A stretch of DNA of 39,748 nucleotides from sequence record SRR20825006_387; one strand, 5' to 3'. The position numbers and the translations under genes are program-made. Each line of letters starts with the position of its first letter. Position 1 is the stretch's first letter. Below the pieces are notes generated by a model. That model saw only the letters and a program-made list of their open reading frames with translations, ran no database searches and was not told where the DNA came from. Of this stretch, positions 30,676 through 39,748 are shown in pieces.

Positions 30676-31500
30676 TCAGTCGCCGGGCCACTCATTGGGA
30701 ACAACGAAGAAACGCTCGACGTGGTTCGTCGAAGCATCCTGGGAAACGCAACGACGAGCTGCGAAAATGGGGCGGGCGAATTGAATGGCTTGCTCCTCAA
30801 CGGCGGCAAGAAACTCATCTGGCTCCATCCATGCGATTGATTCGTCACCGCTCGAACTTACTGACAACCAGTGAGGCTTTGTCAGGATTCGAAATTCACC
30901 ATCTGAATCCGTGACCCTTCGCAATTCGCATTGGTGCACCCACAGGCCTCGGTCGTGATTAGCCGACATCCATCGCGGCAGTTCTGGAACAACACCGATC
31001 CCGGGCGGGTAGAACAAGCAACCTTTGACAATCGCTTCACGCACCTCCACATCATCGCGAACCTTGCTGCTCAACAACAACTGATGTTCATGCATCCGTT
31101 GCGTCTTCCGCTCGAATGTGTCACGTGAGTTCGGACCCACAAAGCGACTTCCGCGAGAAGGTTGTCCGGTCAGGTACAGATAAAACTTCACCGCAACTTC
31201 CCAGTGAGTCAGCCGGCCTCGCTCATCAATGAATAGGAAGTCAATCTCGCCAAGCGTCTTTCCCTGATCGCGAACGGGCAATCCATGGGCGAGGATCTGC
31301 AAACCGCGAATGTGCTTGAGCCAGTAGTAAATCAATCGCTCAAAATATGGCCCGACCTTGGTCAACGTGCACTCGTCCATGAACGATCGAAGATGCGACC
31401 GATCAATCTGGGCAACTGCAAGCGTTGGACAGTCCGCTGCCGGCGAAATCAGGGAAGGACTGTTCACCACCCAAAGCAAGTCTTCGACGTACTTGTCCAA
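30676..31500 (-). CDS. DUF1853 family protein (PD-(D/E)xK-like)
   Basis: DLLWVVNSPSL, VGPYFERL, TLGEIDFL…HWEVAVKFYL, FVGPN and HQLLLS signature. TTG start separated by 1 nt from the upstream gene's stop. Confidence 0.8.
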   Translation of the reverse strand: MDKYVEDLLWVVNSPSLISPAADCPTLAVAQIDRSHLRSFMDECTLTKVGPYFERLIYYWLKHIRGLQILAHGLPVRDQGKTLGEIDFLFIDERGRLTHWEVAVKFYLYLTGQPSRGSRFVGPNSRDTFERKTQRMHEHQLLLSSKVRDDVEVREAIVKGCLFYPPGIGVVPELPRWMSANHDRGLWVHQCELRRVTDSDGEFRILTKPHWLSVSSSGDESIAWMEPDEFLAAVEEQAIQFARPIFAARRCVSQDASTNHVERFFVVPNEWPGD

Positions 31501-31501
31501 C

Positions 31502-32044
31502 CTACTCGCCCGAAGCGTTGTGTGGCATGTGACAACTTTGCATCTTCATCAACGCACGTTTGAGACCGGGATAGATTCTGACGCCCACGATGGCAATGGC
31601 GAGTTCACCAAATGCAGCTTCTCCAAAATGCCTCTCGATGCGAAGAGCCACCTCTTCGTCGATGGCTCCGGCTCCTAAGCAATTCAGCGTGTGGTCACGC
31701 ACGTCCTTCAGCTCCGCCGGCAAGCGTTCCGGCGACTTGACCATTTGCTCAATGAGTTGCTCGGAGCCCCCCGCCTCCTTCGCCATTTTGACGTTCAGTT
31801 CCAAACAGCCGCTGCAATCTTCCTGTTGCATCACGGTGATCGCGGCGGTGAAGTAGGCCTCTGCGGTCAGCTGATCGTAGTGCATCGTCATTGGCCGCGC
31901 CGCACGAAAACGCCGGAATGATTCAGGCGACCGTGCAAACAAATCCTTCATGTAATCAGCGTTGTACCCATACGCTGACTCGAACGCTTCGATCTCCGCA
32001 AGCATTTGGGCGGCGTCCTCGGTGGGTTTGCTTTCCTTTGGCAT
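31502..32044 (-). CDS. AhpD/carboxymuconolactone-decarboxylase-like protein with CxxC
   Basis: FESAYGYNADYMKDL, EDCSGCLELNVKMAKEAG and RIYPGLKRAL; all-helical pattern. SD-like GGAGG upstream of the ATG. Confidence 0.65.
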   Translation of the reverse strand: MPKESKPTEDAAQMLAEIEAFESAYGYNADYMKDLFARSPESFRRFRAARPMTMHYDQLTAEAYFTAAITVMQQEDCSGCLELNVKMAKEAGGSEQLIEQMVKSPERLPAELKDVRDHTLNCLGAGAIDEEVALRIERHFGEAAFGELAIAIVGVRIYPGLKRALMKMQSCHMPHNASGE

Positions 32045-32486
32045 CCTCTGTTCCTCCAGCGGCGTTGGGTCATCAACCGCGACGCATCATCGCCATCTTC
32101 TCCTCGGATGACGAACAAGACCATTGGTCTGGGTTACCGCACTCCCCCTTTTTGAGCTTCTCAAATTCGCGAGAAAGCACCACCGCGAGCGGTTAATCAC
32201 CGGCTGTTCAGTTCTAGGGATGGGATCCAGACCTAATCGCCACCGAACCCTTTACTACGACCCTTTGTCACGCTAGCCTGTCATTTGGCTTTTCAACAAA
32301 TCAGGCTGACCAGGGTCTTCAAAGACGCCACAAAACGCCTTTCATCTCGTTTTTAACCATTGAAAGCCAACATCCCCTTTCCCCACCTCGTCCTCCGCGG
32401 CATGTCAGACGTCTCCCAATTACTCAGTTTCTCCGTCACGCTGAAACTGCTGACATTGCCGCTTACCCGACTGAAAGACATCCCCA

Positions 32487-34790
32487 ATGAAGAATGATCG
32501 TTTCAAGTTCCTTTCGACGCATCTAGTGATGTTGAGTGGACTGCTCCTCTCGCTCTCTTGTTCCGTCGCAACCGGGCAAGAAATCAACGACAAGTGGAAG
32601 TTTCAGCTGAACGATCCCGGCGAAGACTGGCAGCGATCCAATTTCGACGATTCAGCCTGGTCGGACGCGGCCGGTGGATTCGGGACGCATGTAACTCCCG
32701 CCGCCCGGATCGGGCATATTTGGGAAACTGACTCAATCTGGCTGCGGAAGTCGTTTGAACTCAAATCGGTTCCTGCAAAACCAGCTCTCTTGGTGCATCA
32801 CGACGAAGACGCCGAAGTCTATCTGAATGGGGAACTGGTCGCCAAGCTGAGCGGATACAGCACTCAATACCACACGCTTCCGCTCAAACCCGCAGAAGCC
32901 TCGGCACTTCACGTCGGTACAAACCTGATGGCGGTGCACTGTGTGCAAAAGACCGGCGGACAGTTCATCGACGTTCACGTGGTCGATTCGCAGAACGTTC
33001 CCGACCTTCCGAAGCCCGAACTCAGCACCAAACCGTTTGAATCGGAATTGCTCACAAAGTGGGGAGCTGAAGTCACTGCAGAAAATGCTTGGACGGAATA
33101 CCCACGACCTCAATTACAGCGTTCCGATTGGACCAACCTGAACGGCAATTGGGACTACGCGATCACTCCCAAGCAATCGAAGACTCCGTCCGAATGGACA
33201 GGCGAAATTTTGGTTCCTTTTCCACTAGAATCGAAACTTGGTGGCGTGCAACGCTTGCTCGATTCAGAAGAGTCTTTGTGGTATCGACGCAGCTTTGACT
33301 GCTCACCGTCCAAAGACAAACGAACGCTTCTGAACTTCGAAGCGGTCGACTATCAGTGTGAAGCATTCGTCAATGGAAAGTCCGTTGGTTCGCACATGGG
33401 AGGCAACACGCCATTCACTTTTGATATCACCGATGCGGTGATAGACGGCCGGAACGAACTGATCGTCCGTGTCGAGGATGCGACAGAAGAGTGGCAGTTG
33501 CGTGGAAAACAAACTCTGAACGCTCGCGGCATCTGGTACACGCAAGTCTCGGGGATATGGCAGACCGTTTGGATGGAAGAGGTCGCTTCGCAACACATCA
33601 ACGATCTCAAAATCACGACAGATGCACAGGCTAATTCCATTACGATTGCCGTCGATCGAGAAGGCAATGCGCCGGTCAAAATCGAAGTGAGAGATGACGG
33701 TGAGCTGGTTGCTTCGGCAACAGTCACCAACGAAACAGTGACCTTGCCGATTCCAGACGCAAAGCTTTGGTCCCCCGACTCACCGCACCTGTACACGATC
33801 GATGCGACAATGCTCGACGGTCAGGGTGCTGCCTTAGACCAAGTCACATCCTACGCTGGAATTCGCGATGTCGGCAAAGTCAAAGATGCCGATGGAAATT
33901 GGCGTTTCACCTTGAACGGCGATGTCATCTTCCACTGGGGACCGCTCGACCAAGGATGGTGGCCCGACGGGTTGCTCACTCCACCATCGGACGAAGCGAT
34001 GTTGTTCGACATCGAATGGTTGAAGTCAGCCGGCTTCAATATGATTCGCAAACACATCAAGGTCGAACCGCGCCGTTACTACTACCACTGCGATCGGTTG
34101 GGCATGATGGTCTGGCAAGACCAAGTCAGCGGTGGTTCCGGTGAAGGTGCTTGGCCGAAATGGACGCGTCTTGACCCCAACCCTTCCGACGCGACCTGGC
34201 CGAACGAGCCTCACCAGCAATTCATGCGTGAATTGGAGTGGATGATCGATTCGTTGGAGAACCATCCGTCGATCGTTTGCTGGGTCCCATTTAACGAAGC
34301 ATGGGGCCAGCATCTGACGATGGAAGTCGGCAAGTGGACGTCCGAACGTGATCCTTCACGTCTGATCAACATCGCCAGCGGTGGTAACTTTTGGCCGGTT
34401 GGTGACATCGTTGACGAGCACCGATATCCACACCCCGGATTCCCATTCGACCTGAATACGAATGGCCGTTTTGACAATTTCATCAAGGTAATTGGTGAAT
34501 TCGGCGGTCATGGCTACCCCGTTCAAGGACACCTGTGGGACGCCAATCGTCGCAACTGGGGCTACGGCGGGTTGCCTCAAACCAAAGCCGAATACAAAGA
34601 ACGTTACACAACGTCGATCGGCAAGCTGAAAGAGCTTCAGCAACAAGGAATTGCTGCAGGCGTCTACACGCAAACAACGGATGTCGAAGGTGAAATCAAC
34701 GGACTGATGACATACGATCGAAAGGTGATCAAGATTCCAGCAGAAGAATTGGCTGAGCTTCACGAACCATTGCTTGATCCCGTCGAATGA
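32487..34790 (+). CDS. Glycoside hydrolase family 2, secreted
   Basis: EYPRPQLQR, NLNGNWDY, LNFEAVDY, SGIWQTVWME, LWSPDSPHLY, GPLDQGWWPDG, FNMIRKHIKVE, acid/base WVPFNEAWGQ and nucleophile IGEFGG. Confidence 0.92.
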   Translation: MKNDRFKFLSTHLVMLSGLLLSLSCSVATGQEINDKWKFQLNDPGEDWQRSNFDDSAWSDAAGGFGTHVTPAARIGHIWETDSIWLRKSFELKSVPAKPALLVHHDEDAEVYLNGELVAKLSGYSTQYHTLPLKPAEASALHVGTNLMAVHCVQKTGGQFIDVHVVDSQNVPDLPKPELSTKPFESELLTKWGAEVTAENAWTEYPRPQLQRSDWTNLNGNWDYAITPKQSKTPSEWTGEILVPFPLESKLGGVQRLLDSEESLWYRRSFDCSPSKDKRTLLNFEAVDYQCEAFVNGKSVGSHMGGNTPFTFDITDAVIDGRNELIVRVEDATEEWQLRGKQTLNARGIWYTQVSGIWQTVWMEEVASQHINDLKITTDAQANSITIAVDREGNAPVKIEVRDDGELVASATVTNETVTLPIPDAKLWSPDSPHLYTIDATMLDGQGAALDQVTSYAGIRDVGKVKDADGNWRFTLNGDVIFHWGPLDQGWWPDGLLTPPSDEAMLFDIEWLKSAGFNMIRKHIKVEPRRYYYHCDRLGMMVWQDQVSGGSGEGAWPKWTRLDPNPSDATWPNEPHQQFMRELEWMIDSLENHPSIVCWVPFNEAWGQHLTMEVGKWTSERDPSRLINIASGGNFWPVGDIVDEHRYPHPGFPFDLNTNGRFDNFIKVIGEFGGHGYPVQGHLWDANRRNWGYGGLPQTKAEYKERYTTSIGKLKELQQQGIAAGVYTQTTDVEGEINGLMTYDRKVIKIPAEELAELHEPLLDPVE

Positions 34791-35049
34791 TTGACTCCTG
34801 TGTCGTCAATCGCGTCGTGTAATACGCCCGCCGTGTTGCAAATCCTCTCAACGCTCGGATCCGATGATCCGAGCGTTCTCGTTTTGCATCAGAGCTTCTT
34901 CACGTTCATGACGAAATGTTGCGTCTTGGCGACGACACAGCGACAATCGCACGCCGAACACCGTTTCAAATTGGCAACCCCGCTATGAGCGACTTCGTTC
35001 TGGCGATGCTCTCACCTCTTCCCTCCCGCCCCATCAAGGAATCTACCCC

Positions 35050-36525
35050 ATGATTCGTCCCCACCTTCCGTTCCATCAATTCAAGGCGTCCCCATTGTGG
35101 TTGCCTTGCAGTTTGCTGGTTTTCATGTTTTTCGCTACCAGCCTATCGTCGGTCGCCTCAGCGGCGAACCAACAACGCCCGAATGTGGTGCTCGTGTTTA
35201 TCGACGACATGGGATGGGAAGACTTTTCGTGTTTCGGCAACCATGACGCTCAAACACCTCGCATCGACCAAATGGCTCGCGAAGGCGTGAGGTTCGAACA
35301 GTTTTATGTGAACTCGCCAATCTGTTCGCCATCGAGAACCGCAATTTCCACCGGGCAATACCCTCAACGCTGGCGCATTGGTTCATTCCTAAACAATCGC
35401 GATCACAACAACGAACGAGGCATCGCTCAATGGCTCGATCCAGCCGCACCGATGCTGGCAAGATCACTCCAACAATCGGGCTATGCGACCGGGCACTTCG
35501 GCAAATGGCACATGGGCGGCCAGCGAAATGTCGACGACGCGCCGTACATCACCGAGTATGGCTTTGACGAGTCGCTGACGAATTTCGAGGGGATGGGGCC
35601 GAAGCTCTTGCCACTCACGCTGAAACCTGGTGACGACGAACCCGGCCGGATTTGGGCGGACGCCGAACGACTGGGTGAGGGATATCGCTGGATGCTGCGA
35701 TCCAAAATCACCGGCGGCTTCGTCGACGCTGCGATCCCGTTCATCGATCGAGCTCAGAAAAACAATCAACCGTTCTACGTCAACCTTTGGCCCGATGATG
35801 TGCACTCACCGTTCTGGCCACCGGTCGATGAGTGGGCCGATGGGAAACGCGGTTTGTACCTCTCGGTCCTCGAAGAGATGGATCGCCAATTGGGAAAGCT
35901 ATTCGACCGGATTCGAAACGATGAAGACCTACGAACCAACACGCTCGTCCTAATTTGTTCGGACAACGGTCCCGAGCAAGGTGCGGGGTCGGCAGGTCCT
36001 TTTCGGGGTCACAAGACGCACCTGTACGAAGGAGGCATTCGCTCATCAATGGTTGCTTGGGGGCCCGGCATCGTGACTCGCACCAATGCCGTCGACACAA
36101 CGTCCGTCTTCTCAGCAATCGATTTGGTTCCAACGCTTTTGGATATCACTGGGACCAAACATCCGCAGGACGCAACGTTTGATGGCGAGTCGCTCGCATC
36201 TGTCTTCACCGGCGACGGTCAATCGCGAAACGCACCGATCTTCTTTCGACGCCCACCAGACCGCGATTCGTACTACGGAGTGGACGACCTTCCCGATTTG
36301 GCGATGCGGAAAGGCAAATGGAAGCTGCTGTGCGAATACGACGGATCCTCCGCGGAACTGTACGACCTCGATACCGACCGAGGCGAAACCACCGACGTCT
36401 CAGCTGAACACCCCGACACAGTGGCCGAGATGACAAAGAATCTTGTTACCTGGCACCGCTCGATGCCCAAAGACAACGGCGCCACCTATCGCGTGAAGAC
36501 AAAAAAGAAAGGCCGCTCCCGTTAA
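35050..36525 (+). CDS. Formylglycine-dependent sulfatase (S1 family), secreted
   Basis: RPNVVLVFIDDMGW, CSPSR (CxPxR), GYATGHFGKWHMG, SDNG, KTHLYEGGIR and ELYDLDTDRGE. Confidence 0.95.
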   Translation: MIRPHLPFHQFKASPLWLPCSLLVFMFFATSLSSVASAANQQRPNVVLVFIDDMGWEDFSCFGNHDAQTPRIDQMAREGVRFEQFYVNSPICSPSRTAISTGQYPQRWRIGSFLNNRDHNNERGIAQWLDPAAPMLARSLQQSGYATGHFGKWHMGGQRNVDDAPYITEYGFDESLTNFEGMGPKLLPLTLKPGDDEPGRIWADAERLGEGYRWMLRSKITGGFVDAAIPFIDRAQKNNQPFYVNLWPDDVHSPFWPPVDEWADGKRGLYLSVLEEMDRQLGKLFDRIRNDEDLRTNTLVLICSDNGPEQGAGSAGPFRGHKTHLYEGGIRSSMVAWGPGIVTRTNAVDTTSVFSAIDLVPTLLDITGTKHPQDATFDGESLASVFTGDGQSRNAPIFFRRPPDRDSYYGVDDLPDLAMRKGKWKLLCEYDGSSAELYDLDTDRGETTDVSAEHPDTVAEMTKNLVTWHRSMPKDNGATYRVKTKKKGRSR

Positions 36526-36540
36526 GAAGAGCGACCTCTC
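36501..36540 (-). terminator. Probable intrinsic terminator for the minus-strand DUF1559/lipoprotein transcript
   Basis: Minus strand reads GAGAGGTCGCTC-N10-GAGCGGCCTTTC-TTTTTT (12-bp stem with G-U pairs, then T6). Overlaps the last codons of the sulfatase. Confidence 0.7.
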
Positions 36541-36598
36541 GTCTATCTCAGATCCAACTCACCTGAACTGATCTTACGATGAGTTCAGGCGTCCTGGC

Positions 36599-36799
36599 TT
36601 AGCGATAATTGTCTTCGTAGTTCTCTGTTTGTTGCTGAGCCTGCTCCTCGTAGTCCTGCAACTCTTGTTCAGTCATAGGACCGTCTTCTGATTCGATCAC
36701 GGTATTCCCACCAGGCCCACAACCGGTGAAAACGACTGGCGTCAATGCCATGAGGGCGACCAAGCAAAATCGATTGGTCCAAGAGAAAGTTTGAGTCAT
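36599..36799 (-). CDS. Small lipoprotein downstream of the DUF1559 gene
   Basis: MTQTFSWTNRFCLVALMALTPVVFTG-C lipobox followed by a short acidic Gln/Glu-rich tail (66 aa). Confidence 0.75.
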   Translation of the reverse strand: MTQTFSWTNRFCLVALMALTPVVFTGCGPGGNTVIESEDGPMTEQELQDYEEQAQQQTENYEDNYR

Positions 36800-36923
36800 T
36801 GAGTTCGCTCGTATGAAAGATGGTGCAAGTAATAATGAGGACGGTCGCTTCTCGCGATTCCTTGCCACGAAGGCAAGTTTCAATTGCGACGAAGCAACCC
36901 TCCAATCCAAGTCAGCGACGTGA

Positions 36924-38165
36924 TCAGAAGGCTCCTTCGATCGTCTCTTTACCGTTCCGTGTACCCAGTGCACCCCAAACACCGTAAGGCGATTCCGCCC
37001 CAGGGTTGTTCGCACTCCAAATCACTTCTGCGTGGATATTCCCCGCATCAATGCTATCCGTGATGAACTTCACCGCACCGTCGCCGAGCACGACATGAAC
37101 ACCACCTTGGTGTTGGCTGCTAGGTGGCGCGACGCACCAAGCCGAGTCAGAGCGGTTTGGCATCACCATCTCACGGTTTGGTGGAAGAATCGTGTTGAAC
37201 GCAGAATAGATCGTCGCGGCATCTGCCCAACGGAAGCCACGTCCATAACCCGAATTCAGGTTACGAACGATTGAGTCAGTAGCGTCCACCCAAAATTGTG
37301 GCCGGGCGGGATCCTTCGCATTGGTCGTATCTGCCCAACCTGGATCTTCCCCCAACGGCCGAAACCCAGGACCGACTGCTGCGTCAGTGTTGATCGCACG
37401 CGGGTTTACGTGCGTCGCCATCTCGCCCAACATGACCGTGTTGCTCAGCCCGTCCGTGACGTCACGGAAACGCATGAGCGGTCGAGTTCGAGCCTGCCCC
37501 AATCCCTTGATGCCGTTCACCGTATTGCGGAAGATGAAGAACCCCCGCAACGACTGGTTGACTTGGTTTGCACGTCCACTGTCTTCGTAATGAAACCCGT
37601 TTGATGCGTTGAGAGGGCCAACGTCGCCGTAATGCAATCCATCACCGTAACTACAGACGTAGTTGCTTCTTCCCATCGCTGGCGAACCGACCCCTGGATC
37701 ACTTGGGCAACGGAAGGTACCGATGTCGGTCATCCACGGCGTGTAGTTGCGATCCCACGCCCGCGGGCCCATGGCTGGATAATTGATCGTACCGTCGCCA
37801 TCCGAATCCATCGGATTGCTGATCTGCTCCCATAACGCTTGTTGCTCAACGTAGGGCAAAATAGGAATGAGCCAACTGATGCGTCGACCGTTCCCCGCGT
37901 TGCCATTTTGAGTCGGCTGGCTACCAGCAGTGTTGTCGGTCCCGCCACCATTCGGCGGTAAACCGTTGAATGCACTGTGATAGTTGTGGATCGACAGCCC
38001 AAGTTGCTTCATGTTGTTGCCGCAACTCATTCGCCGTGCAGCTTCTCGAGCCGCTTGAACGGCGGGTAACAGGAGCCCCACCAAAACTCCGATGATGGCA
38101 ATCACCACCAACAATTCGACCAGCGTGAACGCTTGTCGATCGCTCCTCGATTCTGACTTGATCAT
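36924..38165 (-). CDS. DUF1559 prepilin-type N-terminal cleavage/methylation protein (H-X9-DG)
   Basis: AFTLVELLVVIAIIGVLVGLLLPAVQAAREAARRMSC, FRCPSD, DVTDGLSNT and HQGGVHVVLGDG. Confidence 0.95.
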   Translation of the reverse strand: MIKSESRSDRQAFTLVELLVVIAIIGVLVGLLLPAVQAAREAARRMSCGNNMKQLGLSIHNYHSAFNGLPPNGGGTDNTAGSQPTQNGNAGNGRRISWLIPILPYVEQQALWEQISNPMDSDGDGTINYPAMGPRAWDRNYTPWMTDIGTFRCPSDPGVGSPAMGRSNYVCSYGDGLHYGDVGPLNASNGFHYEDSGRANQVNQSLRGFFIFRNTVNGIKGLGQARTRPLMRFRDVTDGLSNTVMLGEMATHVNPRAINTDAAVGPGFRPLGEDPGWADTTNAKDPARPQFWVDATDSIVRNLNSGYGRGFRWADAATIYSAFNTILPPNREMVMPNRSDSAWCVAPPSSQHQGGVHVVLGDGAVKFITDSIDAGNIHAEVIWSANNPGAESPYGVWGALGTRNGKETIEGAF

Positions 38166-38595
38166 CGATCAATCCTTCAGGTTGTAGAAAAAAATAACGA
38201 CATCGAGCTCGAAGAGCAGCACGCTCACAAAACAGCGTCGCAAGCTCATTCCGAGCACCTCTGTCGTTAAATTTCGGCGATACCGCCCCCGGTGTCAAGC
38301 GACAACGGGTCTCAGCTCCCCCTTAAAAATAAAGTCCATAGCATTCACCGGAAAAACACACGCGTTTTCTCCGTTCGGCTCGCTTTCACTGATCATCAGT
38401 ATCCATCCAACTTCTCATGTTTCAGCCCACGCCCGTTTAATGCACCCGAGAGAGGATTCCCCCAACACGTTCTCGCTGGACGCACACTGACAACTCCCCC
38501 GCAACATGTGAGCGCATGAAAGAACCGCATGCTGCTCGAAGCAACATGCGGTTTAGGTTTGGTAGCTGACTGACAGAACGAGATCGCAGAGTCGA

Positions 38596-39748
38596 TTAGA
38601 ACTCGGTGCTGATCACTTCTTTCATGCCTTTGGTACCCAAAGCACCCCACAGCCCGTACGGGCTTTCACGTCCGGCACCACCGTTCGCACCACGTCCGTC
38701 ACCATTGTCACGACCATAGGCGACGTGGTCTTGGTTTCCGGAATCAATCGACGACGTGACAAATTTCACTGCCCCGTCACCCATCAGAATATGAACACCG
38801 CCCTGGTGACGACTCGCCGCCGAATAGATCCCGAAGTTTCCTTCGCCACGACAAACGTTGTAGCTATTAGGTGGCCCAATCGTCATGAACGAAGTGTATG
38901 TCGGGCGACCGTCAGCCCAACGTCGGCCCCGCTGGTGGTTGGCGTTGCCGTCCCAGTTCGCGCTATCGGACCAAAACTGCGGACGTGCTGGATCGATAAC
39001 GCCAGATGTTGCCCAATAGCTTGGTGGTTGGTTGGCCACGTTTCCATCGCGGTGGATCGAGCTAAAGATCTCACGGTTGCCGTTTCCGACAACGATCTCG
39101 CCACACAAAATGGTGTTTGACAAACCGTCCAGGATGTCACGGAATCCGGTGAAGTTACGACCGTGAAACGCTCCACGTGCCCAGCGATTTCCGGCGGTGG
39201 ATCCCCAGGTACCGTCACCGCTAGGCTGACCGTTCCCGTCTTGGATGCCATTGTGATGCTGCTCGAAGAACGCGTCGCCAGTGCAAGCGGCATAATTCGA
39301 AAATGCAACCTGCGTTCCTGCTGGAACAACTGGGTCGCTCGGGCATCGATACATCGGTACCTGAGTCAACCATGGTTGATAATCCTCATTCCAAGGCGTG
39401 CCACCCATTGCCGCATAGGTATTAGGAGGTGTCAACACATTGCCATTCCGATCAAAATTGAACGGGTTCGAAATGGTTTCCCACATGGCCTGCTGCTCAA
39501 CGAATGGCAATATACCAACCAAGAACGAGAGGTAGCCGCGGTTGTGGGTGTAGTTGTTACCCCCATCGATGTGTGTCCCACCCTTATGCTTCGGAAGCTT
39601 GTTATAAGCGGCGTGATAGTTGTGCAGTCCAAGGCCCATCTGCTTGAAGTTGTTACTACAACTCATACGTCGCGCGGCCTCGCGGGCGGCTTGAACAGCC
39701 GGCAATAGGAGTCCAACAAGGACTCCAATGATCGCGATGACGACCAGG
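38596..39748 (-). CDS. DUF1559 prepilin-type protein (5' end outside the window)
   Basis: The frame continues to the window edge as LVVIAIIGVLVGLLLPAVQAAREAARRMSC. Also YRCPSD, DILDGLSNT and HQGGVHILMGDG. Confidence 0.93.
   Translation of the reverse strand, partial: LVVIAIIGVLVGLLLPAVQAAREAARRMSCSNNFKQMGLGLHNYHAAYNKLPKHKGGTHIDGGNNYTHNRGYLSFLVGILPFVEQQAMWETISNPFNFDRNGNVLTPPNTYAAMGGTPWNEDYQPWLTQVPMYRCPSDPVVPAGTQVAFSNYAACTGDAFFEQHHNGIQDGNGQPSGDGTWGSTAGNRWARGAFHGRNFTGFRDILDGLSNTILCGEIVVGNGNREIFSSIHRDGNVANQPPSYWATSGVIDPARPQFWSDSANWDGNANHQRGRRWADGRPTYTSFMTIGPPNSYNVCRGEGNFGIYSAASRHQGGVHILMGDGAVKFVTSSIDSGNQDHVAYGRDNGDGRGANGGAGRESPYGLWGALGTKGMKEVISTEF

Noticed and set aside
32070-32185. Short minus-strand ORF (VVLSREFEKLKKGECG…) upstream of the AhpD-like gene
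   Set aside because: About 36 codons with no clear RBS or recognisable motif; it cannot be supported as a gene or pseudogene.
36924-39748. Diversity-generating retroelement acting on the DUF1559 genes
   Set aside because: No reverse transcriptase, and no near-identical template/variable repeat pair differing only at adenines.

Overview
A mostly coding, moderately GC-rich (by eye) bacterial chromosomal window, very likely from a marine planctomycete (Rhodopirellula/Pirellulaceae-like). This is inferred from the tandem DUF1559 prepilin-type genes, a DUF1570 protein, a Tat-exported Gfo/Idh/MocA protein and a sulfatase. The left two-thirds are largely housekeeping: a topoisomerase IV-like A+B pair, two small secreted Tyr/Pro-rich proteins, an isolated elongated fliD, ispF, a cyclophilin-like protein, an alkyltransferase-like protein, a Lon-N-domain/YccA pair, dcd and aceE-aceF. 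The right third is a glycan-degradation-like accessory region (GH86-like hydrolase, PL10 pectate lyase, EF-hand esterase, GH2, sulfatase, two DUF1559 genes and a small lipoprotein). I found no rRNA, tRNA, transposase, integrase or CRISPR-cas. The most interesting unexplained signals are: (1) a structured intergenic element at about 17446-17578 with a 13-nt perfect complement to the 16S rRNA 3' end in front of a 13-codon Cys-Cys mini-ORF and GNRA-capped hairpins; (2) a cyclophilin that has lost its catalytic residues; (3) two 55-nt REP-like palindromes with compensatory changes; (4) the two small secreted proteins, which share motifs and are followed by a 28-bp G-U-rich hairpin; (5) a dCTP deaminase with an altered substrate-binding loop. 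All family calls come from recognising motifs by eye; no database search was run.
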